Translations under genes and position numbers: made by a program
Part shown: positions 6,977 through 16,306 of the stretch, in pieces
How positions within the stretch are numbered: the first letter of the stretch is position 1
Layout: each line of letters starts with the position of its first letter
The notes under the pieces: generated by a model
What the model saw: only the letters and a program-made list of their open reading frames with translations
What the model was told of the DNA's origin: nothing
Database searches by the model: none
NCBI GenBank assembly: GCA_000961765.1
Contig: LADT01000047.1
Span: 16,172 to 80,171, forward strand
Length of the DNA: 64,000 nt
From: Clostridiaceae bacterium BRH_c20a
Lineage (GTDB): Bacteria > Bacillota > Peptococcia > Peptococcales > BICA1-8
Direction of reading: 5' to 3'

Positions 6977-8899
6977 ATGGGAAAATTTTCAGAGTTAATT
7001 TTAAAAGGAAGAGAAGAACGAAAAAAACAAGCCTTTGAGGGAACGTTATTAGACTACCTCAATTTATTACAAGAGGACCCGGCAATATATAAATTAACAC
7101 ACCAAAGAATGTATGAAATTATCACGGGTAAAGGTGTAGAGATTGTTAATACTAATGAAGAACCACGGTTAAGAAGGATTTATGGTAATGATGTCTTAAA
7201 GCAATACAATTTTTTTAAAGATGATTTTTTCGGTATTAGTAAGACTTTAATGAAAATTGTCCAGTATTTTAAAGCTGCAGCTATGGATGGAGAAGAGTCC
7301 CGCCAAGTACTTTATCTTGTTGGGCCCGTGGGGGCAGGAAAATCTTCAATAATGGAAGCTTTGAAGAAAGCTTTAGAAATGAGCCCGCCTGTGTATGCTC
7401 TTAAAGGCTGCCCAATGCGAGAAGAACCATTACATTTAATTCCCAAGCATTTGCGGCCACAGTTAGAAGAAATGTTAAAGATAAAAATTGAAGGAGACCT
7501 TTGTCCTATTTGTCGCTTTAGGCTCATAAATGAATATCAGGGTGAATTTGAACGATTTCCGGTTGAAACTGCAGATTTTAGTATTAGGTCCCGTAAAGGG
7601 GTGGGGGTAGTACCGCCGGTGGATCCAAATAATCAGGATACTTCAGTACTTATTGGCTCTGTAGACATCTCGAAGCTAGATTTATTTCCGGAGGATGATC
7701 CTAGGGTTATGTCCTTAAATGGAGCATTTAACGTGGGCAATAGAGGTATTGTAGAATTTATCGAGGTATTTAAAAATGAGGTTGAGTATCTTCATGTTAT
7801 GATTACTGCAACCCAGGAAAAAAGTATCCCTTCCCCGGGAAAAGGCTCAATGATTTATTTTGATGGAATTATTTTAGCCCATTCTAATGAAGCAGAGTGG
7901 AATAAATTTAAATCGGATCATACCAATGAAGCTATATTAGACAGAATAGTCAAAATTGAAGTGCCGTACTGTTTGGAATTAAACGAAGAAATAAAAATAT
8001 ATAATAAAATTCTAAAGAAAAGCAAATTTACCTGTCATATTGCTCCCCATACTATAGAGGTTGCCTCCATGTTTGCGATCATGACTAGGATAGCACCTTC
8101 AAACAAGGTTGACCATCTGACCAAAGTTAAAATTTATAATGGTGAGGAAATAGTGGAAAAGGGGAGTACAAAAAAAGTAGATATTCTTGAGCTTAGAGAA
8201 GAGGCACAACGAGAGGGAATGACAGGAATTTCCACAAGATTTATTATGAAGGCATTAGATACTGCTATGTCAGATGCAGAGCATGATTGTATCAATCCTA
8301 TTAGTGTCTTGGAAACTTTAGTTAGGGCAGTTAAAGAATTAACTATAGGTGATGAGGATAAGAAAAAATACCTTCGGTTTTTGCAGGATACTATTAAAAA
8401 GGAGTATCATAAAATACTTGAAAAAGAAGTAACTAAAGCTTTTATTCATGGCTATAAAGAACAGGCCGAAGATTTATTCAACAACTATCTGGACCACGCA
8501 GAAGCTTATGTCAATAAAACAAAGTTAAAAGATGCAAATACAGGTGAAGAATTAGAACCTGATGAAAAATTCTTAAGATCAATTGAAGAACAGATAGGTA
8601 TTACCGAAAGTGCTGCCCGTGGGTTTAGACAGGATGTCACAACATATATGTTTTACGTTATGCGAAGTGGTGGTAAGCTTGATTATTCATCCTATGGGCC
8701 ACTTAGGGAAGCAATTGAAAAGAAGCTGACATCATCAGTTAAGGAATTAAGCAGAATTATTACCCGTACTAAGGTTAGAGATAAAGAACAAAATGAAAAA
8801 TTTGATTCAATGGTTAAAGTTATGAAAGAATATGGTTATTGTGATCATTGCTGTAATGTAATACTCAAATACGCTGCTAATAATCTATGGAAAGATTAG
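6977..8899 (+). CDS. prkA: PrkA/YeaG family serine protein kinase (AAA+)
   Basis: 640 aa, Walker A GPVGAGKSS, CPMREEPL, NRGIVEFIEVFKN, HSNEAEW; followed by yhbH and spoVR. Confidence 0.93.
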   Translation: MGKFSELILKGREERKKQAFEGTLLDYLNLLQEDPAIYKLTHQRMYEIITGKGVEIVNTNEEPRLRRIYGNDVLKQYNFFKDDFFGISKTLMKIVQYFKAAAMDGEESRQVLYLVGPVGAGKSSIMEALKKALEMSPPVYALKGCPMREEPLHLIPKHLRPQLEEMLKIKIEGDLCPICRFRLINEYQGEFERFPVETADFSIRSRKGVGVVPPVDPNNQDTSVLIGSVDISKLDLFPEDDPRVMSLNGAFNVGNRGIVEFIEVFKNEVEYLHVMITATQEKSIPSPGKGSMIYFDGIILAHSNEAEWNKFKSDHTNEAILDRIVKIEVPYCLELNEEIKIYNKILKKSKFTCHIAPHTIEVASMFAIMTRIAPSNKVDHLTKVKIYNGEEIVEKGSTKKVDILELREEAQREGMTGISTRFIMKALDTAMSDAEHDCINPISVLETLVRAVKELTIGDEDKKKYLRFLQDTIKKEYHKILEKEVTKAFIHGYKEQAEDLFNNYLDHAEAYVNKTKLKDANTGEELEPDEKFLRSIEEQIGITESAARGFRQDVTTYMFYVMRSGGKLDYSSYGPLREAIEKKLTSSVKELSRIITRTKVRDKEQNEKFDSMVKVMKEYGYCDHCCNVILKYAANNLWKD

Positions 8900-8935
8900 T
8901 AAATACGATTTTGATTTACTACCGGGGGTGAGACT

Positions 8936-10117
8936 GTGACCATAATTAGGGAATATGACAGTAGAGGCCGGGATAGGGCAGCAGAAGATAGAAGGAGACA
9001 CCGCCAGCTTGTTGAGGATGCAATTAAAAAAAATATTGGGGATATAATTGCCGAAGAAAGCATAATTGGCCAAAGTAAAGATAAAAAAATCAAGATTCCT
9101 ATAAAAGGAATAAAAGAATACCAATTTATTTATGGCAAGAACAAACCTGGGTTTGGCTCAGGTGATGGTAGTGAAAAAGAGGGAGATGTAATTGCCAAGG
9201 ATGAGATTCAAAAAGTGAAGGATCAAGAAGGAACGGCAGGAAGTGAGGAAGGGGAAGATATTTACGAGACGGAAGTTACTATAGAAGAGTTAATCAACTA
9301 TTTATTTGATGACTTACAACTACCGTTTTTAGATAAGAAGAAGTTTAATGAATTAGAAACAGAAAGAAATTTCAAAAAGTTGGGTTATCAGAAAAAGGGT
9401 ATAAAGCCTAGATTGGCTAAGAAAAAAACAGTAATTGAGAAGATCAAAAGGAAAAAATCTTCTGAAAAAATTTATCAAGAGTTTTCGGAAATTTATGACA
9501 ATTTAGAAGGGCAAGAAAGGTTTCCATTTAAGGAAGAAGATTTAAAATACCATCGTTTAAGGGAAGAAATTAAAAAAGAAAGCAATGCAGTAGTAATTTG
9601 TATAATGGACACGTCGGGCTCTATGCATATTACAAAAAAGTATTTAGCTAGAAGCTTTTATTTCTTGCTTTATCAATATATAAAATTAAAATATGTTAAT
9701 GTTGAAATCATTTTTATTGCTCATTCCACTACCGCCAATGAGGTTAACGAAAAAGACTTTTTTCATAAGGGTGAGTCAGGTGGAACATATATTAGCAGCG
9801 GCTATGAAAAGGCAATAGAAATAATTGAAAAAAGGTATAACCCTGAGATATGGAATATTTATGCTTTCCATTGTAGTGATGGAGATAATTGGAGTGAAGA
9901 TAATCAAAAAGCTGTAGAACTTGCTGAAAAGCTATGTCAGATTTGTAACCTTTTTGGATATGGGCAAATAATGGCAGGCTATTTTAGCTCTATCAAGCAG
10001 GCATATGAAAATAAAATCAAGTATCCCAACTTTTCAATTGTTAATATCACAAGAAAGGAGGATGTTATTCCAGCTCTGAAAATATTATTAAGCAAAGAAA
10101 AAGAGCTTATGGAATAA
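8936..10117 (+). CDS. yhbH: Sporulation protein YhbH (YeaH/DUF444, vWA-like)
   Basis: DRRRHRQLV, IKIPIKGIKEY, CIMDTSGSM, GESGGT, HCSDGDNW; conserved context. Confidence 0.92.
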   Translation: MTIIREYDSRGRDRAAEDRRRHRQLVEDAIKKNIGDIIAEESIIGQSKDKKIKIPIKGIKEYQFIYGKNKPGFGSGDGSEKEGDVIAKDEIQKVKDQEGTAGSEEGEDIYETEVTIEELINYLFDDLQLPFLDKKKFNELETERNFKKLGYQKKGIKPRLAKKKTVIEKIKRKKSSEKIYQEFSEIYDNLEGQERFPFKEEDLKYHRLREEIKKESNAVVICIMDTSGSMHITKKYLARSFYFLLYQYIKLKYVNVEIIFIAHSTTANEVNEKDFFHKGESGGTYISSGYEKAIEIIEKRYNPEIWNIYAFHCSDGDNWSEDNQKAVELAEKLCQICNLFGYGQIMAGYFSSIKQAYENKIKYPNFSIVNITRKEDVIPALKILLSKEKELME

Positions 10118-10126
10118 TACTTATCT

Positions 10127-11494
10127 ATGATGGATTATACAATTAATCAATTGGAAATGTGGGATGAGAAAATTAGGGAAATAGTTTTTGATGCAGGACT
10201 TTTATGCTATCAACAGGAATTTGAAATATGTAGTTATGAAGATATGTTGTGTTATGTGGCTTATACAGGTATGCCTTCTCATTACCCCCATTGGAGTTTT
10301 GGTAAGTCCTATGAAAAGAATAAAACCTTTTATAGCTACAATCTGCAAGGTTTGCCATATGAAATGGTTATCAATTCTAATCCCTGTATTGCTTATCTAA
10401 TGCGGGAAAATACACTTCTTTTGCAGATTCTTACCATGGCTCATGTTTATGGGCATAACGATTTTTTTAAAAACAATAGGTTATTTAAGGAGGGTACTAC
10501 TGCTGAATATACTATTCAAATGTTTAAAAACCATGCTGATTGCATACGAAGTTATCTGCACGACCCCAGTATAGGTTATAAAAAGGTAGAACGCATTTTA
10601 GATGCAGCCCACGCTTTACGTTATCAAACTTGCAGATTAATAGGAGGCAAAAAATTATCAATTGGAGAGCAAAAACAAAGACTCTTAGATAGATATTATT
10701 GCGAATTGGAAGCAAAAAGGTCGTTTGAAGCTCAACCAGATATTCCCTTTCCTAATCTTAATAAAAAACCTATAGAGCCCGAAGTAGATTTAATGGAGTT
10801 TATTTTAGAATACAGTAAATTAGAAAACTGGGAAAAGGATATAATGCGAATTGTTGTCGATGAAACCAGGTATTTTATACCCCAGATTGAAACCAAAATA
10901 ATGAATGAGGGTTGGGCTAGTTTTTGGCACTATCAGATTCTAAATAAATTAAAGCTATCACAAGATCTGTTTTTTGAATTTATCAACCGCCATAATCAAG
11001 TCATCAGACCTTCATTAGGAAGTATCAATCCATATTATCTAGGTTTTAAAATTTTCTCAGATATAAATCAAAAATATGGTCTAGCTAAGATGTTTGAGGT
11101 AAGGGAAATAGAACGGGATCAATCCTTTATCTACAAGTACCTCACTGAAGAGCTATGTAGGGAAATGAATCTTTTTCAATATCAGAAAAAAGAAGATGAA
11201 TATGTAATTGATGAAGTGGCCGATGAAAAAGGCTGGAAGGAGATAAGAAATAACCTGGCAAATAGCCTAGGGATGGGAAATATCCCTTCAATAAAAGTAA
11301 TAGAATTTTTACAGGATAGAACATTGTTATTAGAACATGAATATGATGGCCGAGAATTAGAATTAGCCTATGCTAAAGAAACTCTAAAATATTTAGGGAC
11401 GCTCTGGGATGGAAGGATAATTTTAGAAACGTCAATAGATAAAACGAAGAAAAAAATTATTTGTGATGAGGAAAAAAACATTTCCTTTATTTAA
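10127..11494 (+). CDS. spoVR: SpoVR family protein
   Basis: GMPSHYPHWSFGK, GLPYEMVINSNP, HVYGHNDFFKNN, TKIMNEGWASFWH, NPYYLG. Confidence 0.93.
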   Translation: MMDYTINQLEMWDEKIREIVFDAGLLCYQQEFEICSYEDMLCYVAYTGMPSHYPHWSFGKSYEKNKTFYSYNLQGLPYEMVINSNPCIAYLMRENTLLLQILTMAHVYGHNDFFKNNRLFKEGTTAEYTIQMFKNHADCIRSYLHDPSIGYKKVERILDAAHALRYQTCRLIGGKKLSIGEQKQRLLDRYYCELEAKRSFEAQPDIPFPNLNKKPIEPEVDLMEFILEYSKLENWEKDIMRIVVDETRYFIPQIETKIMNEGWASFWHYQILNKLKLSQDLFFEFINRHNQVIRPSLGSINPYYLGFKIFSDINQKYGLAKMFEVREIERDQSFIYKYLTEELCREMNLFQYQKKEDEYVIDEVADEKGWKEIRNNLANSLGMGNIPSIKVIEFLQDRTLLLEHEYDGRELELAYAKETLKYLGTLWDGRIILETSIDKTKKKIICDEEKNISFI

Positions 11495-11499
11495 ATTCT

Positions 11500-11520
11500 G
11501 CCCGGTAAATACCGGGCTTT
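11500..11520. terminator. Hairpin terminator between convergent spoVR and EamA genes
   Basis: GCCCGGTA-aa-TACCGGGC followed by TTT. Confidence 0.6.
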
Positions 11521-12444
11521 CTAATTGGTAATGAAACTTTCCTTGAGCATTTTTGTAAGAAAAATATCATTGGTTACCATAACTACACCTGAAAAGATTA
11601 AAAGTCCGCCAATAACATGGTAGAAAACAAATTGCTCTCCTAGAATTAGGATGGATAAAATAGTCGTGAAAACAGGAATTAAGTTAAGGAAAATTGCAGC
11701 ATGGTTGGAGGTAACAGCCTGCAAAGCTGTATTCCAGCAGTAAAAAGCCAACAGAGAGGGGAATATACCTACAGCTAAGACACTTATGTAGTACCTTGGT
11801 TCAAGATTTTGCCACCAACCTCCAATATAAAGGGCTTCTCCAATAAAATAAGGCAGACTGACAGCGATACCACCTAAAACCATAGCGGGGAAGAGGGTAT
11901 TGCTGGGGAAAATAGTACCTTTGTTTTTTAGGACATTAGAATATATTGCCCAGCTTAAGACTGCAATTAACATAAACCCATCACCAATATTTATTTTTAA
12001 TGATAAGATATAAGCAATATTACCCTTAAAGATTATCCATAGTACCCCTACCAAAGAAGTAATTATTCCCAAAATTTGCATTTTAGATATTCTTTCTTTG
12101 AGGAAAATAAAGGAGATAAGGGCAAAAACAACTGGATTAAGGGAGGCAATGAAGGCTGCATTAATTGCCGTTGTGTAGCTTACGGCCAAAAACGTTCCAG
12201 CACTATTTAAAAAATATCCCGTAAGGCCCAAAATCAGAATTAAACGCCAGTGAGTTAAGAATAGCTTTCTATTTTGAGCTAATTGCTTCCAGTAAAATGG
12301 CAATATAATAATAAATGTAATAAGCCAGCGGAGCAAAGTCATCGCACCGGAGGGGATTACTCCAGCAATATCCTTTCCAATTAAAAAATTAAGACTCCAA
12401 AAGAGGGGAGCCAGAACTAATAAAATATTAGGTGAAATATTCAT
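11521..12444 (-). CDS. EamA/DMT family transporter
   Basis: 307 aa, about 10 TM in two repeats; FWSLNF..GK, LNPV, GDGFML, FLNLIPVF motifs. Confidence 0.88.
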   Translation of the reverse strand: MNISPNILLVLAPLFWSLNFLIGKDIAGVIPSGAMTLLRWLITFIIILPFYWKQLAQNRKLFLTHWRLILILGLTGYFLNSAGTFLAVSYTTAINAAFIASLNPVVFALISFIFLKERISKMQILGIITSLVGVLWIIFKGNIAYILSLKINIGDGFMLIAVLSWAIYSNVLKNKGTIFPSNTLFPAMVLGGIAVSLPYFIGEALYIGGWWQNLEPRYYISVLAVGIFPSLLAFYCWNTALQAVTSNHAAIFLNLIPVFTTILSILILGEQFVFYHVIGGLLIFSGVVMVTNDIFLTKMLKESFITN

Positions 12445-12663
12445 GTTTAAAACTCCTCTGAAAAGACAAATGTAAGTACATATAAACTATTTTAACTGTT
12501 TATTATTTTATTTCAACTTATTTTCCTTTATTTTTTTGGATAAAGGACTTTTTATATTTACATAATATCTACTTAAAAAGAGGTTTTTCGAAAATAGTGT
12601 TGAACCAATTTTTAAGAAATACATATATTAGAAAATAGTAATTTAATTGGGAGGGTTTTATAC

Positions 12664-13005
12664 ATGAATGTCCACGACTTAGCACATGGTCTTTCAAGGG
12701 GACTTAATAATTCCGCGGAATACAGGAATTATCAGGAGGCACTAAGTAAAATTAAAGGAAATAAAGATAAAGAAGGGATTTTAACAAACTTGCGGAAACA
12801 ACAAATGGAAATTCAGGCATTGCAAATGATGGGCAAAGAAGTACCACCAGAAAAAATGACACAATTGCAAAAAGCCTCTGAAGTTTTGAGTTTTAATCCT
12901 GATATAAAAGAGTTTTTGGAGGCCGAATACCATCTGGGCACGATTTTGGGTGATATCCAGAAAATCATTTCTGAAGCAGTAGAACTTTGGTATCCGGAAA
13001 TGTAA
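12664..13005 (+). CDS. YlbF/YmcA (DUF964, RicAF-like) family regulator
   Basis: 113 aa helical protein, EYRNY..A, QQMEIQ.LQMMG, IKEFLEAE; GGAGG RBS. Confidence 0.8.
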   Translation: MNVHDLAHGLSRGLNNSAEYRNYQEALSKIKGNKDKEGILTNLRKQQMEIQALQMMGKEVPPEKMTQLQKASEVLSFNPDIKEFLEAEYHLGTILGDIQKIISEAVELWYPEM

Positions 13006-13009
13006 AGAT

Positions 13010-13099
13010 GTAGGGGCGCGCATTGCGCGTCCGTCCCACATCGTTCCATGTTTTTTTTTGACCAAATCATGCGTAGGGGCAGGTTTCCATGCCTGCCCG
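13010..13099 (+). repeat. Two GTAG-type REP sequences
   Basis: GTAGGGGCGCGCATTGCGCGTCC (13010-13032) and GTAGGGGCAGGTTTCCATGCCTGCCC (13073-13098): GTAG tetranucleotide followed by a GC-rich palindrome. Confidence 0.7.
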
Positions 13100-13134
13100 A
13101 TCGTTATAAATTATGTATGTCAATAAATTATGCA

Positions 13135-13163
13135 TTGCAAAAACAACCATTTAGAGTTATATT
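13135..13163 (+). promoter_or_regulatory. Putative sigma-A promoter of trpP
   Basis: TTGCAA-N17-TATATT about 230 nt upstream of the trpP start. Confidence 0.4.
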
Positions 13164-13288
13164 ATTAAATAAGTTATTTATTTCTGGGCACTGGATACTA
13201 AGAACTGGGCACGATCCCTAAGATTTTACACTCAATAACCACCAGTCACTAGTAACCAGTCACCAATAACTAAAACAGGAGTGATGTC

Positions 13289-13383
13289 TAGACGAGCAAA
13301 GTTGAGTTGAGATGAGTTATTTAGCTGAGAAGTATGTAAATTAGTTTAGTTGAGGAAGTTAAGTTTAGAAGAGATGAGAGGAG
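13289..13383 (+). promoter_or_regulatory. TRAP (MtrB)-type binding site: (G/U/A)AG triplet arrays overlapping the trpP Shine-Dalgarno
   Basis: NAG triplets mostly 2 nt apart at 13289, 13294, 13299, 13304, 13309, 13314, 13322, 13327 and at 13342, 13347, 13352, 13356, 13361, 13366, 13371, 13376, 13381; the last overlaps AGGAG just upstream of a tryptophan transporter ATG. Confidence 0.75.
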
Positions 13384-13390
13384 AATAAAA

Positions 13391-13921
13391 ATGAATATTA
13401 GAGAAATGGCCCAAATCAGTTTATTACTGGCGATTGGTTTTATTTTGCGTTTAATTACTCCTGGTTATGGAGCTGGAATGAAGCCGGATTTACTTTTAGC
13501 AATGCTGTTTGTGATTATCCTTTTAAAAAGGGATTTAAGATCAACTCTTTTGGCCGGTGGTGTAGCAGCCATTATCACTGCCCTAACTACGACTTTTCCT
13601 GCCGGGCAAATTCCCAACCTAATTGATAAGCCTTTAACAAGTTTGTTTGCATATATGCTGATTAAAGTCCTTGCTGATAGAGTACCTATTGTGGTAGCAG
13701 CAGGTATTATCGGTGCTGTAGGCACCTTATTTAGCGGAGCAGTTTTCCTGCTTTCGGCTTTAGCCTTAGTGGGCATTCCCGCACCCTTTGAAATCCTTTA
13801 TGCAACAGTAGTCCTGCCGGCTACAGTTGCAAATACCATAGGTGTAGTAGTACTGTATCCTCTTGTCATTTTTAGTAAACAGGTGATAGAGAGGGGAAGA
13901 CCCCAGGAAATAACTAAGTAA
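13391..13921 (+). CDS. trpP: Tryptophan transporter TrpP (YhaG-type)
   Basis: 176 aa, LLLAIGFIL..ITP...GMKPD.LLAMLF, TTTFP.GQIPN.IDK typical of TrpP; TRAP-type leader. Confidence 0.82.
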   Translation: MNIREMAQISLLLAIGFILRLITPGYGAGMKPDLLLAMLFVIILLKRDLRSTLLAGGVAAIITALTTTFPAGQIPNLIDKPLTSLFAYMLIKVLADRVPIVVAAGIIGAVGTLFSGAVFLLSALALVGIPAPFEILYATVVLPATVANTIGVVVLYPLVIFSKQVIERGRPQEITK

Positions 13922-13925
13922 TTTC

Positions 13926-13952
13926 AAAAGCCAGCCTACGGGCTGGCTTTTT
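13926..13952 (+). terminator. Intrinsic terminator after trpP
   Basis: AAAAGCCAGCC-TACG-GGCTGGCTTTTT perfect stem, UNCG loop, U-tract. Confidence 0.85.
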
Positions 13953-14079
13953 AGGTTAAGGTTTCGCTCCACTTCGTTTCGCTAGGTTGAGGTTAAGTTT
14001 TTATTTTCATGGTATTAAGAGGAGAGTGAAGTTAGGATACCGAAATAATATCTTAGATTATATATGGGAGGGATATTAA

Positions 14080-14400
14080 ATGTTTGTAAAAAATGAAGAA
14101 AGAGGCTTTATTCCTATGGTTGAGGGAGTAAAAAGAAAGACTTTGGCACATGGGGAAAAAACATTACTGATTGAGGTATTCTTAGATCAAGGAAGCATTG
14201 TTCCTGAACACAGTCATCCCCACGAGCAGACAGGCTACATGATTTCTGGCAGAATGATTTTTAATATTGATGGGAAAGAATTTAGCGCAAAGCCGGGGGA
14301 TAGTTGGGCTATACCAGGCGGAGCAGTACATAGTGTTGCTGTTTTAGAGGATTCTGTAGTAGTTGAAGTATTTTCACCCGTACGAGAAGACTATTTGTAA
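14080..14400 (+). CDS. Cupin domain protein
   Basis: 106 aa, PEHSHPHEQTGY...G and GDSW.IPGG..H cupin motifs. Confidence 0.88.
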   Translation: MFVKNEERGFIPMVEGVKRKTLAHGEKTLLIEVFLDQGSIVPEHSHPHEQTGYMISGRMIFNIDGKEFSAKPGDSWAIPGGAVHSVAVLEDSVVVEVFSPVREDYL

Positions 14401-14490
14401 AAAAGTGGCTAGTGACTGGTGACTAGTGGTTTTGTCGGATTCATAAGTAGAATAAAAAAATCGCCTCTCGTTTGGGGTGATTGTATATTT

Positions 14491-14595
14491 GGGGACATTC
14501 CACATTCAAGAGGAAGGAGGCAAGACACAAGAGGCAAGAATTTTTTACTTCTACATCCTGTCTTGCATCCTGCCTCCTGTTTGAGGTGTGTCCCC
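14491..14595. repeat. REPIN/MITE-like element, GGGGAC family (copy A)
   Basis: Ends GGGGACATTCC ... GGTGTGTCCCC; interior similar to copy B at 16182-16285. Confidence 0.75.
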
Positions 14596-14628
14596 ATTCC
14601 TTAAGTTGGGTCGATTGTTTTTAGTCCA

Positions 14629-15582
14629 CTAGTAAAGCTTGAAGTTTTTCTCAGCCTCAGCCTTAACCTCAACCTTACCTTCTTGTCGAGGATTTTCTTT
14701 GATAATGGAATTTAGATAAACTCCACTTATGATTATTCCGGCACTGACCAGCTTTAAACCGGAAAATTGCTCATTTAAGATAATCGTAGCTAAAATTATA
14801 GAAAAAATAGGGACGAGATTTATAAAAATATTGGTCCTACTGGCTCCGATTGCTTTAAATGATATCTGCTGAATAAGGTAACCTATAACCGTTGGAAATA
14901 TTGCCATATAAATTACTGAAGTCCAGCCGAGCCAGGTAGTGGAACTTAAAAAGCTGTACTGGATCTGCTCCCATACAACAAAGGGAAATAAAAGAACAGT
15001 ACAAACTAAAAAGCTATAAGTAGATAGAATCAAAGGTGAGTATTTAGGCATAACTCTTTTTGATACAACAGCATAACTTGCCCAGCAGACAACGGCAAAC
15101 AGCATTAAAATATCACCTTTATTAAAAGCAAAATGACTTAAAAAGCTTAAGTCCCAATTAGTAATTGTCAGGATTACTCCTATTAGGGCAATAAATATGG
15201 CCCCAACCCTTTTAATATTTAACCCTTCTCCCGCAAACGAGACGGCTAAAACCGAGGTTATCATGGGATTGGTTGCGGCAATAATTGAGGCATTTATCGA
15301 TGTAGTATATTTTAAGGCTGCAAAAAAAAGAATATGATAACCCATCATTCCTACAGTTCCTAATAATAATACTACCTTCCAATCTTCTTTTTTTAGATGC
15401 CAGTCTTTTTGTTCATACTTAACCATAATAATAAAAATGATTAAAGAGGCTAATAAAAACCTAAAAAAGGTTAAAGCAAGAGGAGAAAATTCCTGAATCC
15501 CGTATTTCCCAGCAATAAAGGCTCCTGCCCAGAAAAAAGCAGCCACTACCATTAAAAGGTAAATTAATTTATCATTTTTCAA
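14629..15582 (-). CDS. EamA/DMT family transporter
   Basis: 317 aa, FWAGAFIAGK, TNPMIT, GDILML, FINLVPIF; C-terminal tail encoded by a hexamer repeat tract. Confidence 0.88.
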   Translation of the reverse strand: MKNDKLIYLLMVVAAFFWAGAFIAGKYGIQEFSPLALTFFRFLLASLIIFIIMVKYEQKDWHLKKEDWKVVLLLGTVGMMGYHILFFAALKYTTSINASIIAATNPMITSVLAVSFAGEGLNIKRVGAIFIALIGVILTITNWDLSFLSHFAFNKGDILMLFAVVCWASYAVVSKRVMPKYSPLILSTYSFLVCTVLLFPFVVWEQIQYSFLSSTTWLGWTSVIYMAIFPTVIGYLIQQISFKAIGASRTNIFINLVPIFSIILATIILNEQFSGLKLVSAGIIISGVYLNSIIKENPRQEGKVEVKAEAEKNFKLY

Positions 15583-15586
15583 GAGA

Positions 15587-16087
15587 CTATCTCCTTAAAA
15601 AGCCCTGTTTTTCTAACCACGAATTTCGTTCTAAGAGCTTAAGTATCGCTAAGCCAATTAAGCTGCCGCCGATTGTACTTATTAAAAATGGCACTACAAA
15701 AAACATTACAGCTACTTCTTTTCCTAAAATATACTTAGCAATGGGGTAGGAGGCCAATCCCCCTAAAACACCTGTGCCAAATATCTCACCCGCTACTGTA
15801 TAGGAATACTTTTTTGTTCTTTGGAAAAGGTAGCCTGCTAAAATAGCTCCTAGCATACTTCCCGGAAAGGCTAAAGGCGAGCCTGTCCCTAAAATGTTTC
15901 TAAGAAGAGAAATTAAAAAAGCATTAGAAAGGGCGAAACCAGGACCTAATAGAACAGCTGATAAAACATTAATAGTGTGTTGAATCGGAAAGCATTTTGC
16001 TACTCCTACCGGTATGTAGATAACATGGCCAAGTAAAGTTCCAAGAGCAATAAGTAAGGCGGAAAATGTTAATTTCCTTGTGTCCAT
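15587..16087 (-). CDS. thiW: ECF transporter S component ThiW (thiazole)
   Basis: FPIQHTINVLSAVLLGP, LLRNILGTGSPLAFPGSM.GA, GEIFGTG..G are ThiW signatures. Confidence 0.88.
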   Translation of the reverse strand: MDTRKLTFSALLIALGTLLGHVIYIPVGVAKCFPIQHTINVLSAVLLGPGFALSNAFLISLLRNILGTGSPLAFPGSMLGAILAGYLFQRTKKYSYTVAGEIFGTGVLGGLASYPIAKYILGKEVAVMFFVVPFLISTIGGSLIGLAILKLLERNSWLEKQGFLRR

Positions 16088-16181
16088 TTTTCATCTCCTT
16101 ATATAACAAAGACCTATCAAAAATATTAACATATTTTCGAATTGAAACAAAGTGAAAAAACGAAAATATGATGGGGATTAT

Positions 16182-16285
16182 GGGGACATACTCATTCAAA
16201 AAGCAGGAAGCAAAGACACAAGAGGTAAGATTTTTTAACTCCTGCATCCTGTCTTGCATCCTGCCACCTGTTACGGTGTGTCCCC
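16182..16285. repeat. REPIN/MITE-like element, GGGGAC family (copy B)
   Basis: GGGGACATACT ... GGTGTGTCCCC, interior AGACACAAGAGG...CATCCTGTCTTGCATCCTGCC shared with copy A; a further GGGGACATTCC end at 16296-16306. Confidence 0.75.
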
Positions 16286-16306
16286 TTTATTCGTTGGGGA
16301 CATTCC

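Noticed and set aside
13164-13390. T-box leader for trpP
   Set aside because: No T-box antiterminator sequence (GGTGGNACCGCG) or specifier stem is seen; the TRAP-type array explains the leader.
14409-14604. Two opposing ORFs of about 60 aa
   Set aside because: Both are read-throughs of GGGGAC element A and heptamer tracts.
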